Below are positions 39,290 to 50,038 of a stretch of 64,000 bases of DNA, one piece after another. The DNA comes from Candidatus Poribacteria bacterium (GTDB taxonomy: Bacteria; Poribacteria; WGA-4E; WGA-3G). Below the pieces are notes generated by a model that searched no databases, had not been told where the DNA came from, and worked only from the letters and a program-made list of their open reading frames with translations. A program made the position numbers and the translations under genes. The stretch spans positions 832,001 to 896,000 of the forward strand of contig OZ240248.1 of the NCBI GenBank assembly GCA_965198235.1, given 5' to 3'. The first letter of the stretch is position 1, and every line of letters starts with the position of its first letter.

Positions 39290-40348
39290 TTAGAAGCGCG
39301 TGATAAAAGAGACGCGATGTGCATTTCCGACATATGCGTCCGGTACGAAAGCGTAGTCGAACTGGAAGTCAACGTTCGCTAACGCATCTTCACCGCTGCG
39401 TCGCACACCGATACCGAGTGCTAACCCATCGCTGGGATTCTCGTTCATCCCGATTCGGTATCCGATACGCGCAGCAACGCTCTCGTAAAACCACCGTTCT
39501 GCCCCGACATGAAAACTCGGATTTGCATCAATGAGGGGCAGGTTTGCGTCGGCAACGAATGCCCACACCTCATGCGGAGGCATTGTTTCCTCTCCCTCTG
39601 CCGCGGATTGTTTCCAAGTTCTATAAGCCAGCCCTGCCCGAAGTGCCATCGGTAGATTTTCCCCACCATCTAAGACCCCAGCATTTTGGACAGCAACCCC
39701 GATTCCGAGGTGATTGTCAAACAAACGTAAGATCACACCGACATCTGCCGCGATCCCGTATGCATTCTGAATGTCCAATTGTTGTGAAATCATCTTTGCC
39801 GTACCACCCACTGACATTACTGTGCCAAGCGGGTAGGCAAGAGACAAGCCCGTAGCGAAGCCTCCGACTGTCACAGTACTATCTGGATCTTCCGTTGGTC
39901 CCTGTCGGCGTTCAATTTCAGTGAAACTTCCGAGGAAGCTTGCTCCCCAGACAAGCCGATCTATCCGCTGTGCGTATCCGATGGTTTGATTGTTAATGTC
40001 CGCAAATGAGAAGTGTTGCATTGCGGTCAGTTCCTGATCGTGGACAGCGGTTAGCCCTGCTGGATTCCAAAAGATAGTGTTAACGTCATTAGCAAGTCCA
40101 GCGAAGGCACCACCCATCCCAACGGGCCGACTTCCACCTTCAATTTTTAGGAAAGCGGCACCGGCTGTTCCGGCTCCATCGTGGATACTAATTGCGTGTG
40201 CGCTTGGGACGGCCGCGATTATTATGAGAAGCACTATTGCGATTTTTTTAATTATGGGCATCTGCTCATCGTTCCACTTCGTTCCACGATGGTGTTTGGT
40301 GAATTGCGACGCAACTAAGGACCTATGCCGTTTTAAGATCGTTATCAT
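39290..40348 (-). CDS. PorV/PorQ-family (FadL-like) outer-membrane barrel
   Basis: GAAFLKIEGGSRPVGMGGAFAGLAND...FWNPAGL, D.G, LP..LR.G, FDYAF, HRVSFITRF. Confidence 0.8.
   Translation of the reverse strand: MITILKRHRSLVASQFTKHHRGTKWNDEQMPIIKKIAIVLLIIIAAVPSAHAISIHDGAGTAGAAFLKIEGGSRPVGMGGAFAGLANDVNTIFWNPAGLTAVHDQELTAMQHFSFADINNQTIGYAQRIDRLVWGASFLGSFTEIERRQGPTEDPDSTVTVGGFATGLSLAYPLGTVMSVGGTAKMISQQLDIQNAYGIAADVGVILRLFDNHLGIGVAVQNAGVLDGGENLPMALRAGLAYRTWKQSAAEGEETMPPHEVWAFVADANLPLIDANPSFHVGAERWFYESVAARIGYRIGMNENPSDGLALGIGVRRSGEDALANVDFQFDYAFVPDAYVGNAHRVSFITRF
40243..40305 (-). repeat. Modular repeat arm without the insert, in frame inside the PorV N-terminus
   Basis: accatcgtggaacgaagtggaacgatg..ataattaaaaa equals the R1 right arm lacking the ~40-bp insert. 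Confidence 0.7.
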
Positions 40349-40422
40349 AAATTCTCCTTTTTCTAACTATAGTCCTCTGCTCATCGTTCCTTTTATTCTG
40401 TTAACGCAAGTTGCCATCTATT

Positions 40423-40498
40423 TATAGACATAGCACCCCTACGGGGTGCGATTGCTTGAATAAGCCGTTTTCTATAGACATAGCACCCCTACGGGGTG
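40423..40498. repeat. Pair of REP-like palindromic direct repeats
   Basis: tatagacatagcacccctacggggtg at 40423-40448 and 40473-40498. Confidence 0.85.
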
Positions 40499-40560
40499 AG
40501 GAAAATGCCTGAAATTTTTGTTGAAACGTCCAAAATTTGTTAGTAGCAACTTGGGTTATG

Positions 40561-43500
40561 TTAGTCAACGACCAGCACTTTGCCGACAATGTTCGCGCGA
40601 TTTCCCGCTGCATTGACGGCTTCCAATCGGAAGACATAGAGTCCTCGTGCGACAGAGGTGCCCACTTGATTCTCCAAATTCCACTTCACAAACTGATCAT
40701 TGCGCTGTCCTGATACAACATCCGGATACGTTTGGGAGAGGACCATGTCACCACTCCAATCATAGATACTCAGTGTGAGTTCAATCGTCTCTCCACGTGG
40801 CACATTGACATCAAAGGAGAAGAAGGCAACATCCCGTTTTGAAAGTCGGAGTGGGTTTGGCCATCCAAAGGTCGTGCCCCGGAAGGTGAGAGACACAGAC
40901 ATAGTATACTTGCCAATGTCGTAAACCTCGTAGTTCCCCGCATTGTCAGTGACCCGGACATCTAAGTCGAATTCACCGGAACGTGTTGGCAGGAAGTCAA
41001 TGGACCAGACGCTCCACGGTTCCTGTTCTGCATCGCTATCATCAACAGCAGCAACAGGCTCTATGGGTTGTTTGTCGGGTCCAGTACCGACGATCTCAAC
41101 GATCCACACGCCAGAGGCTGGAACTGGAATTTCGCCTTCACCGATCCGCTGCGTGCCACTTGGGTCGGAGGCTGTACCTTCTAATGGCAGCGCTTTATCG
41201 GTGAGCTCGGTTTCACCACCATCACTCGTTATAGCGGCAGTCGGCACGGTAGTTTCATACAGAAATTCGGTGGTCAGCGAATCAGTCGGCGCGAATCCGA
41301 GGAGTTCGGAGTCATTCCCGATGCTCATAACCGTGACGTTATAAACACCTTGGATTCTAAGTCCATCGGATTTGAAAATGAGAGTGTCCACGCCATTCTG
41401 CTGCGTACTACCAGAAATCTCCGATCCATCGGGACTGCTCACAATAATTTTCGATTGCGCCAAGTTGACCCCCAAGCCTGTGTCAAAGATATTTGCTTGG
41501 ATGACAACACCGCCGGTTGTCGAAACTGCAGTCGGATAATTTTCCGCATTGATGTCAACAAGGAGTGGTGCATCATTGATAAGTAACGTGCTCGGATCAA
41601 TCATCGGCGGACTGGTATCGTAGACGAAGACTTTTTCATAAGGTTCATCGTCGTTGCCTGCCCGGTCTTTCGGGTTAAGGGTAATCCGATATTCACCATC
41701 TGCGGAACCATTGTCTGCAAGTGGAACAGTAAGCCGGAAAGTGAGGTTGTCTTCTCCATCATCAGATACTCGTCCCGAAATCTTGGTTGGATTCGGTGAG
41801 AGGCGTTCAAAGGTTAACCATTTCTCATCAAGGTTTTTCCAATCAATTCCAGACGTTTCATCGGTAAGAGTGACGTGAATCTCTGTCAAAGAGTTATTAA
41901 CCTCAGGCTGTGCAACAACGAGGCTAATCGCTTCATCAGGCTCAATTTCCGGTGCCTGTGTGTCGTAGGTGAAGGTTAATCGTTGAACTTCACCGCTCCG
42001 TCCGGAAGCACTGATTGGAGTAAACTCAATGGTATAGACACCATCTTCGGACCCGTCGGTAGAGAGTGGGCGGACGAGGTTATAGATTAACCGATCATTT
42101 GCTCGCTGCAGTTGTCCTGCGACAACCTGAGTGGTGGAATTTAGTAAACGAAGTGTTGACAAGTGATTTTCGTCATCCGTTTCGAGCGTTACTTCTATCC
42201 GTTCAAGCTCTTCATTCGTAAACGCTTCATCCACTGGTGCTGTAATTGGTTCTGTTGAAACGATGGCAGGTAAGCGCCTTGACAAGATAAAACTCCGCCT
42301 AAAGTCGGTGGCGTCTCCGTTGCCTGCGCGGTCAACGGCTTGCACACGGATGATATATCGACCATCTTCAACAAGCTGACTGGTAGTGAGGGTTAACTCC
42401 GTCTCGCCGTCACTGACGAGCTCGCCTGATATTTCAGTGCCATTCGGATCAATCAGTGTCACCGTAGTCACCGCCCAGTCAATAGCACTACCGCCTTCAT
42501 CGTTGAGCTTCACCTGTATCTGTGTAACATCCTCTGTAAGTAGGGCACCATCAGCTGGCGCAGTACTAACCAATGTAGGTGCTTGCGTATCATAGACAAT
42601 CAAGTGTTCGACCGTGTACAGATTTCTCGCCTTATCTGCCAACTCAATAAGGACCGTGTATTCCCCATCCATACTGCCATCAAGCGGTAAGGGTTGGTCC
42701 AATGTGAGAAAGAGTTGGTTTTCAGTATCGTTAGTAAGTTGTGTCGGAACTAAACCACCACTCGCATCACGGAGGGTGACTTTTTGATCCGACAACTCGA
42801 GGTCTGCGGGACCGATATCGGCGATAGTGAAGCTGAGTTGTGTTAAACCCTGGCTGATATAGGAAACGGGCTGACTTAAGTTAATCGGGCTAGCCGCTAT
42901 TATCTCTGGCTCTTGTGTGTCATAAATAAATTCACGATAAACTGTACTTCCCTGTCGCCCCGCTTTATCAACAGGTGCGATGTATACACTGTATCTTCCA
43001 TCCGTGGTTCCATCTGATGTAAGCGTTATCGGTTCCCAAACGATTAGGTTCTCTCCATCGGAACCTGTTGCTCCGGGGACGACCGTGTCAGCAGAATCGA
43101 CCACGGTGATATCCGATCCTTCACTACCGAAAGATAATCCTGTCTCTGTCGGGTCAAGAAGGAATGCTCCAATAATCATATTGTCTGCGTTGACATAAAC
43201 AACATCACTACTCGCCTCTGTTTCTATCCCGCCAATAACAACAGAACTAACACGCGGCAGAGGGATATCCAAAATGAATCTATAATCAGCCGCACCTGCT
43301 GCGGCATTTCCAGCTACATCTCGCGGTGTAACAGACAAGATATACGAACCGATCTGTTCCAAATCTAAGAAACTGAGGGTCATCTGAGATACGCCATCAT
43401 CCTCTAACGTGAGCGGAATTGAGGGTGCAGTGGATTCATCGGACGCACTTGATAATTCAGGACCCATCAACGTAATCTGGGTATTGGCAAAATCAATGTA

Positions 43501-46500
43501 AGTCGCCTCTTCAAACTGAATGGTTATACTGTTTATAGGTTCCACGATCTCGGCAATCCGATTCGGGACAAGCTCCACCGGTGGGTCGGTATTAACCATG
43601 ACCGAGCCTAACTGAGGTGCTTTGGAATCATAAACGACGGTGTATTCCGAATCCGAACGATTCCCCGCTTTGTCAACGAGCGATATTTTTACTGTATATT
43701 CACCATCTGCACTTCCATCCCGAGGTAGCGAGGCAGGAAGTGCCAAATAGAGTTGATTCGTTAACTCGTCATACGTCACAGCGACTGGAATATTAGCACC
43801 AGATGCATCCAGTACTTCAATGGTTTGTTCCTCCAAATATAAATCAGCTGGACCTACATCTTCAACAGTAAACGCAAATTGGAACTGTCTTAAAGCATTA
43901 CCGATATAAGTAACAGGTCGTTGGTTGAACACTAACGGTGTCGGTGCGGTGATGCGGGGACTCTCAGTATCCAGAAGAAATGCGTATTGCACGGCACCTT
44001 GTGCAGTATTACCAGCAACATCTCGAGGTGTTATCGACAACGTATATGAACCGTCTTCCATCAATTCAACAAAACGAATAGTGAGTTGTGTGAAACTATC
44101 AACAGATATATTGCTTGAAATCGACAACCCTCCCGGACCAGTTAACTCAACCACGGTATTAGTAAAGTCAACTCGTGTCGCATCCTCAAATTGAAGGGTG
44201 ATACTGCTTACAGTCTCGGAAATCATCTTAATCAGCTGCGGTTCAAGCACTATTGGAGGCTCAGTATTCAATATCACAGAAGAAAGCTGCGGGACTTTGG
44301 AATCATAAACAACAGTGTATTCCGAATCCAAACGATTCCCCGCTTTGTCGACAAGCGATATTCTTATCGTATATTCTCCATCCGAACTCCCATCTTGGGC
44401 GAATGGAGACACAATCGTCAGATAAAGCTGACTCGTTAATTCATTATACGTTAGAGCAGCAGGAACAGTATTGCCAGAAGCGTCTAATAATTCAACAGTC
44501 TGTTCCTCGAAAAATAGATCCGCGGGACCTACATCTTCAATAGTAAACACAAACTGTCTAAAATCTCCGCCGATATAAGAGACAGGTTCACTCAATGTTA
44601 GCGGAGACGATGCCGTTATCCGAGGACTCTCAGTATCCAGAAGAAATGCGTATCGCACGGCACCTCGTGCGGTGTTACCAGCGATATCCTGAGGTGTTAT
44701 CGACAGTGTATATGAACCATCTTCTATCAATTCAACAAAACGGATGGCGAGTTGCGTGGAACTATAGGCAGATACATTGCTCGAAATCGACGACCCTTCC
44801 GAACCAGTTAACGCAACCACGGTATTAGCAAAATCAATATCATTACTGGGCACCTGCAAACCTTGTTCGGAGTCTTCCAGCGTGCCCTCAAAAGTCACGA
44901 TGATTTGCGAAAAACTTTCGGTAATCGTTGTTATGTTATCCACGGAAAGTTCTGGTTTGGATTCGATTGCCACGTGTACGCTTTCAATTTCCGGAACTTG
45001 CGTGTCTAAAACGAACGAGAACTGCCGTGTAAAGATTTTTCCAGTAAAATCGACAAACCTCGCAATTACGGTGTATTCCCCATCCGCGCTTCCATCAGGT
45101 GGGACAGACGCTTCAGTGCTCCAGGTTAATGCGTTATTTACTGCATCGTGTTCAAGCTCTCCTTGCGGGATCAGAACACCTTGGGCATCTTCGACTGTCA
45201 CCGTTGACGCATCAAAATCGATACCCGCACCAACATAATCAATTAATTCCACAACAATTGCCGACAAACTGTTGACCGTTGTCGTTTCTGGCATCGTTAA
45301 TCGGATTTCGGGTTCATGCTTCTGACTGACGAGGTAGAATTCTCGCACAACAGCAACACCCGTGTTGCCCGCACGATCGGTAGGGGTCACTTCAATTGCG
45401 TAGGTGCCATCGTCTGAACCGTCTAATGCAATCGGTTTTGCGAGTGTAAGTGTAGCTGTATCTATGCCGTTACTTGTAACATTCACAGGTACATTTACTT
45501 GCGCTCCACCGCCACCAGTTGCTCCGTTGTCTCCACCTCCTTGATCTCCATTTCCATCAGGTGTTCCTCCGCCTCCACCTGCTGTTTCATCAAAACGAGT
45601 CAAGCGGAAGGTACTCTGAACAAAATCGATGCCGCTGGTTACCTCAGCGAGCTTTACCTGAACCTGTGATAACGCTGGGACGGTTTCATTGGAGGCTGGC
45701 GTTGTAGAAATAAGCGTCGGAAGCTGCGTATCGTAGATAAGTTGATAAATGTAAGTCTTGGTATTGCCGGCGGTATCTGTTGCCTGAATATTAAGTGTAT
45801 AGCGGCCATCCTGGCTTCCATCCCGGCTCACGATTGGCGCATTTAATACATAAGTTAATGTCTCATTATCGCTATCTGCCAATACGCGCCCTTCACGGAC
45901 ATTCAAGCCCTCACCGGATTCCTTCGGCGTACCAAACACAATACGAGTAGATTGCCGCCTGCCGGTAGTAAGGTTAACCCCTATCCCAGTATCTTCAAAG
46001 GTGGCGACAAATCCTCTGATTGGGAGATTATAATAAACCGTATCGTCAACGAAGTTAAACGGCTCCCCGCTTTGCAATGGTCTTAACGAAACAAGTCTCG
46101 GCGCAAGGTTGTCATAAAGAAACGGCACCTGAACCTCTTCAGTCTTGTTACCTGCCTTATCAACCGCCATAACTTCAATGGTATATTCACCATCTTGGGA
46201 ATCGTCTCTGCCTAACAACGGCGTTAGGAGATTCCACCGGATTTTATCACTTTCAGAATCCTCTGTTTGTTCTCCAGGTATAGTAGTAGTACTATCGGGT
46301 CCAATGAGACGGATTTTGGAGGCAAAGAGATCTATACCGTCTTCAAGGTTATCTGTGAGTACGGCTTCAACATAATTGAGGCGTTGACTCACACCAGCAC
46401 CGGGAATGAGTCCGCCTCTGTTGGTGGAGACTCTTTTCAAACTGGGCTTGACGTTATCAAAGGTAAATTCCGTTATGCTTTGTATGACATTACCGGCTTC

Positions 46501-47349
46501 GTCTATTAGGATGATAATTAGGGTGTATTTTCCATTTTCAGAAGGGCTGTCTAAGGGATTTCCTAAAGTAAAAATTAGGTTCGTACCATCGTCAGTGAGG
46601 TTCCCACGCACCACAACCTGCTGTTCATTTCTCAAGAAAACAGTTATTCGCCTGTTGCCGAGATCAATATCACCGTTATCTGCACCTGTTACTATAATTG
46701 ATCGGAGTGGCTCCTTGATAAAACTTCCGTCGGTAATCGAGGGACCTTCTTCTTCGTTCACACGGACACCGGAAACGCGCGGGGCACTCGCATCCAGAGT
46801 TACTGTTGCCTTCAAGGCATCAGCTTCATCATCATCAACAACAACGCGGATCGTATAATCCCCATCTGGAAGCCGTGTGTCGTTAATGCGTCCATCCCAA
46901 AAGAGGCTCACAGTCTGGTTTGCTGACACAGTGCCTTCGCCAATGACCCCTCGCTTCTCGTCGTCGTCCTCCACCACCGTAACTCTATATGGATCCCCAT
47001 CGGCTTCGTCATCAACAGTGAAGGTAATAAGCAACCTATCTATGCCGCCTCTAAAAATCGCGTCCCCACCTGCATCAACTGTCAGACCGGTCAGTCCCGC
47101 CCAACCGGTGGTGGGTATTGTCAGGATTGCAAAACAGACAAAAATCTGAAAAAAGAGAAAATTCGCTTTTTTAATTGATTGCTTCTGGGCTGCCTTCCCT
47201 ACATACATGCCGCCCCGCTGGGGCTGAATCGGTGCTACGCACTTTTTGTTACGCGTTTCAGACAGGTTTTTGGTTAATTCGGTACTGGGATTAGGGACCG
47301 ATTGGCTTTTACAAGCTGCGCCGTATATATATTTATTTTTTTTTGACAC
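40561..47349 (-). CDS. Giant acidic Ig-like (Big) repeat protein with N-terminal FlgD_Ig-like and C-terminal T9SS type-A-like sorting domain
   Basis: Many ~110-aa repeats with GID....DG.Y......D.AGN....F.YD..P; C-terminal WPNP...IYD.SG..V......WN..N..G..VARGLY.FRL......GKVLVVD. Confidence 0.85.
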   Translation of the reverse strand: MSKKNKYIYGAACKSQSVPNPSTELTKNLSETRNKKCVAPIQPQRGGMYVGKAAQKQSIKKANFLFFQIFVCFAILTIPTTGWAGLTGLTVDAGGDAIFRGGIDRLLITFTVDDEADGDPYRVTVVEDDDEKRGVIGEGTVSANQTVSLFWDGRINDTRLPDGDYTIRVVVDDDEADALKATVTLDASAPRVSGVRVNEEEGPSITDGSFIKEPLRSIIVTGADNGDIDLGNRRITVFLRNEQQVVVRGNLTDDGTNLIFTLGNPLDSPSENGKYTLIIILIDEAGNVIQSITEFTFDNVKPSLKRVSTNRGGLIPGAGVSQRLNYVEAVLTDNLEDGIDLFASKIRLIGPDSTTTIPGEQTEDSESDKIRWNLLTPLLGRDDSQDGEYTIEVMAVDKAGNKTEEVQVPFLYDNLAPRLVSLRPLQSGEPFNFVDDTVYYNLPIRGFVATFEDTGIGVNLTTGRRQSTRIVFGTPKESGEGLNVREGRVLADSDNETLTYVLNAPIVSRDGSQDGRYTLNIQATDTAGNTKTYIYQLIYDTQLPTLISTTPASNETVPALSQVQVKLAEVTSGIDFVQSTFRLTRFDETAGGGGGTPDGNGDQGGGDNGATGGGGAQVNVPVNVTSNGIDTATLTLAKPIALDGSDDGTYAIEVTPTDRAGNTGVAVVREFYLVSQKHEPEIRLTMPETTTVNSLSAIVVELIDYVGAGIDFDASTVTVEDAQGVLIPQGELEHDAVNNALTWSTEASVPPDGSADGEYTVIARFVDFTGKIFTRQFSFVLDTQVPEIESVHVAIESKPELSVDNITTITESFSQIIVTFEGTLEDSEQGLQVPSNDIDFANTVVALTGSEGSSISSNVSAYSSTQLAIRFVELIEDGSYTLSITPQDIAGNTARGAVRYAFLLDTESPRITASSPLTLSEPVSYIGGDFRQFVFTIEDVGPADLFFEEQTVELLDASGNTVPAALTYNELTSQLYLTIVSPFAQDGSSDGEYTIRISLVDKAGNRLDSEYTVVYDSKVPQLSSVILNTEPPIVLEPQLIKMISETVSSITLQFEDATRVDFTNTVVELTGPGGLSISSNISVDSFTQLTIRFVELMEDGSYTLSITPRDVAGNTAQGAVQYAFLLDTESPRITAPTPLVFNQRPVTYIGNALRQFQFAFTVEDVGPADLYLEEQTIEVLDASGANIPVAVTYDELTNQLYLALPASLPRDGSADGEYTVKISLVDKAGNRSDSEYTVVYDSKAPQLGSVMVNTDPPVELVPNRIAEIVEPINSITIQFEEATYIDFANTQITLMGPELSSASDESTAPSIPLTLEDDGVSQMTLSFLDLEQIGSYILSVTPRDVAGNAAAGAADYRFILDIPLPRVSSVVIGGIETEASSDVVYVNADNMIIGAFLLDPTETGLSFGSEGSDITVVDSADTVVPGATGSDGENLIVWEPITLTSDGTTDGRYSVYIAPVDKAGRQGSTVYREFIYDTQEPEIIAASPINLSQPVSYISQGLTQLSFTIADIGPADLELSDQKVTLRDASGGLVPTQLTNDTENQLFLTLDQPLPLDGSMDGEYTVLIELADKARNLYTVEHLIVYDTQAPTLVSTAPADGALLTEDVTQIQVKLNDEGGSAIDWAVTTVTLIDPNGTEISGELVSDGETELTLTTSQLVEDGRYIIRVQAVDRAGNGDATDFRRSFILSRRLPAIVSTEPITAPVDEAFTNEELERIEVTLETDDENHLSTLRLLNSTTQVVAGQLQRANDRLIYNLVRPLSTDGSEDGVYTIEFTPISASGRSGEVQRLTFTYDTQAPEIEPDEAISLVVAQPEVNNSLTEIHVTLTDETSGIDWKNLDEKWLTFERLSPNPTKISGRVSDDGEDNLTFRLTVPLADNGSADGEYRITLNPKDRAGNDDEPYEKVFVYDTSPPMIDPSTLLINDAPLLVDINAENYPTAVSTTGGVVIQANIFDTGLGVNLAQSKIIVSSPDGSEISGSTQQNGVDTLIFKSDGLRIQGVYNVTVMSIGNDSELLGFAPTDSLTTEFLYETTVPTAAITSDGGETELTDKALPLEGTASDPSGTQRIGEGEIPVPASGVWIVEIVGTGPDKQPIEPVAAVDDSDAEQEPWSVWSIDFLPTRSGEFDLDVRVTDNAGNYEVYDIGKYTMSVSLTFRGTTFGWPNPLRLSKRDVAFFSFDVNVPRGETIELTLSIYDWSGDMVLSQTYPDVVSGQRNDQFVKWNLENQVGTSVARGLYVFRLEAVNAAGNRANIVGKVLVVD

Positions 47350-47719
47350 TCGTTTCTCCCTGCTTGTCGCGAGTCCGAAGATACTAAATTTCGGTGATTC
47401 GCGTTAATGCACAAGTTTCCGGACAGGTCCCGTGCCCTGCTTTTACAGTTGCCAGTTATTAGTTAAAGAGGACGCTGGTTCAACAGGATCATCTCCTAAC
47501 TGACCCCTGTTAACTGATAACTATTTTGTATCTATTGACTGCTTCCGATTATTTGATTTCACGTGCTTGGGGAACAGACGTTTTAAGAATCCCCTTTATT
47601 TTCATTAGACGCAGAAATTTCAATTAGGTTGATAAAATAATAGAAACACCAGAGGAACATAACACTGCTACAATGCGCGGTTGGCTGTAAACCGCGCCTG
47701 CAGCTTGTAAAAATAAATC

Positions 47720-48727
47720 CTAACCAATGTCCCCGTTGGCAACCATGGTTAGCAACGCTGAATCGTCCACTGTCAGCGGCAAATTAATCTTTGCACGCTG
47801 TCGGCTCGACTGATACGTTGCAAAAATGAGTTCAGTTGCCTGAAGTGCCTTGCGACCGCTGAGTTCCGGCTCACGTCCCGTCTTTACACCGTGAATAAGA
47901 TCGAGTATAGAGAGCGTCGTTGCGTCGCGTTCGGCGACCAAGCCACTCAAATCGGGTTCTTCCCACCCCTCTCCGCCCTCACGGAGCATCCGCAACTGTG
48001 CCCCGCCACCGCCGACATCAATGATGCCTTTCGTACCGATGAGACGATTGGCGAAACCTCCTAAAGACGTACCACCCGTCGCGAGCAGACCTTCAACACC
48101 ATTTTTCCAGCGAATCCATGAGACCCCACTGGTTTCAACCTGAACACCGAAGACAGTCTGTTCTTCTGCTACATCTATTTGACCGATAACCCAGTCAACA
48201 GGTTCGTCATTATTGTAGAAAAAGAACATATCGAACCAGTGCGTTCCCCAGTCAAGCAAGTTCGAGCACGCGGCTTCAAGTCGACGCAACTCACCGATTG
48301 CGCCTTCATTTGCCAAGCGTTTCGCCTTGACGAACTGTGCACCGAAACGGCGTTGATGACAGAACGTTATCACTACATTGTTATCAACGCACGCTTGATA
48401 GAGTTCTTTGGCATCGCCCCAAGTGGGTGCCATCGGTTTCTCACAATGGATGGCTCTAATCCCACTATTGGCGGCGGCGATTACCATGTCCTTATGGAGT
48501 TCAATCCAAGTGCAGACGCTGACGAAATCAAGGGATTCTGTATCCAGCATCTCTTGATAACTTTCATAGGTGTTCGGCACCTTAAACTCCTCAGCGAAGG
48601 CGTTTCGGGCATCTTCAACCGGATCAGAACAGGCGACGATGTCCACATCTGTGGAGACCTGATACCCGCGTGCATGCGAGCGTCCACGTCCGCCACAACC
48701 GATAACTCCTGCTTTAAAAGTTGACAT
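47720..48727 (-). CDS. Gfo/Idh/MocA oxidoreductase
   Basis: GVIGCGG, CEKPMA, HQRRF, DWGTHWFD. Confidence 0.92.
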   Translation of the reverse strand: MSTFKAGVIGCGGRGRSHARGYQVSTDVDIVACSDPVEDARNAFAEEFKVPNTYESYQEMLDTESLDFVSVCTWIELHKDMVIAAANSGIRAIHCEKPMAPTWGDAKELYQACVDNNVVITFCHQRRFGAQFVKAKRLANEGAIGELRRLEAACSNLLDWGTHWFDMFFFYNNDEPVDWVIGQIDVAEEQTVFGVQVETSGVSWIRWKNGVEGLLATGGTSLGGFANRLIGTKGIIDVGGGGAQLRMLREGGEGWEEPDLSGLVAERDATTLSILDLIHGVKTGREPELSGRKALQATELIFATYQSSRQRAKINLPLTVDDSALLTMVANGDIG

Positions 48728-48775
48728 ATAAATCTTCCTTTCATCGCGATCGCGAGATCGCTCCTACCGATGCGT

Positions 48776-49741
48776 TTAGGTTAATTGATTTACGAGTGTG
48801 TCCTCTAAGTGGATACCGTTAGCGAGGTGTACTCCCCTCTGACGGTACGCGCGTTCGCCGGGGATAAGGATTTCTGCAACCCCTGCTTCTCGTCGATTCG
48901 CTTTGACGCGCGCAATAAGGGTATCGACTTCCGTCTTGAACTGTGTCAATGGAACAAAACTTGTCGGGTCTATCGCAACGATGAGTAAGCCGTAGTTTTT
49001 ACCCGGAGGCGGGATTGTCGCGGCGTTGACCAAGGCACCAGCAAGGATTTGTGTGATGAGCGCAAGTCCAAACCCTTTATGTCCACCGAACGGACGAACA
49101 CTCCCTTTCAACGCTGCATCAGCATCTGTGGTTGGTTCACCCTCCGGTCCAAAGGCGATCCCTTCAGCAATTGGAATGCCCTCCTGCATGGCGACGAGCA
49201 GATCCCCATTGGTAATCGCAGCAGTAGACATATCAAAGAGGAGTGGGACTGTGTTGGATGGGATTCCAACAGCGATTGGATTGGTACCTAAAATGGCTTC
49301 GGTTCCGCCTTCGGGGGTAATTCGGGGCAGACAGTCAACAAAGAGCAGTCCAATGACATCCGCCTTTCGCGCCATATCGACATAGTATCCCGCCATGCCA
49401 CAATGCGATGTGTTGTAAACACCGACGATGCTTGCACCGCCCTGTTTTGCGCGTTCAATGGCGAGCTCCATTGCACGATAAGCGACGAGGTAACCGGGTT
49501 GATTGCCACCATCAATCCGCACGCACGGTCCTTTCTCCTCGTCAATCCGTATGTCAGTCCGTTCACCCTGTTCATAGCGGCTTTTAATTCCGGGCAATCG
49601 GATAAAGCCGTGCGTTTTTCGCCCGCGGAGTTCTGCTTCCAATAGAATATCTGCAATAATAGCCGCATCCGTTGGTGCCATGCCGCTTCTTGCTAAAAAA
49701 GTTTCTGCGAGCTGCCGCGCATTAGCAATGGAAATATGCAC
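48776..49741 (-). CDS. Ldh_2 family (malate/L-lactate/sulfolactate) dehydrogenase
   Basis: RG..THG, HCGMAGYY, GTNPIA, DMST, GGHKGFGL, PGE. Confidence 0.92.
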   Translation of the reverse strand: MHISIANARQLAETFLARSGMAPTDAAIIADILLEAELRGRKTHGFIRLPGIKSRYEQGERTDIRIDEEKGPCVRIDGGNQPGYLVAYRAMELAIERAKQGGASIVGVYNTSHCGMAGYYVDMARKADVIGLLFVDCLPRITPEGGTEAILGTNPIAVGIPSNTVPLLFDMSTAAITNGDLLVAMQEGIPIAEGIAFGPEGEPTTDADAALKGSVRPFGGHKGFGLALITQILAGALVNAATIPPPGKNYGLLIVAIDPTSFVPLTQFKTEVDTLIARVKANRREAGVAEILIPGERAYRQRGVHLANGIHLEDTLVNQLT

Positions 49742-49828
49742 GTTGTCGCTCCATCCTTATATAAATTGCTTATTGACTTCTATTTTTGGGTTTGCTATAC
49801 TGTAGCGCAAATCTGGTTCAAATTCAAG

Positions 49829-50007
49829 TTTTTAAATGATTAACACCTGGGCACCGCTCCATTTCATTACGCGGTGGTTTCCGATCTGTTCAACCGGTGA
49901 CTTGAAATTAACCGAAAACCATCGTGAAACGAAATTATGCCTTAAATGGCATAATTTGTCTTTGCTTTACATTTGGAACGATGCGCGGAGGCCAATCATT
50001 TAAAAAA
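49829..50007 (+). repeat. Modular repeat, copy R7, with 13-bp terminal inverted repeats
   Basis: tttttaaatgatt...aatcatttaaaaa, containing both shared arms. Confidence 0.85.
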
Positions 50008-50038
50008 TCGCGCAGAAACACCCAAGGAGGGGCTACAG

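Noticed and set aside
40423-40498. Mini CRISPR array
   Set aside because: Only two 26-bp units, REP-like palindrome, no cas genes.
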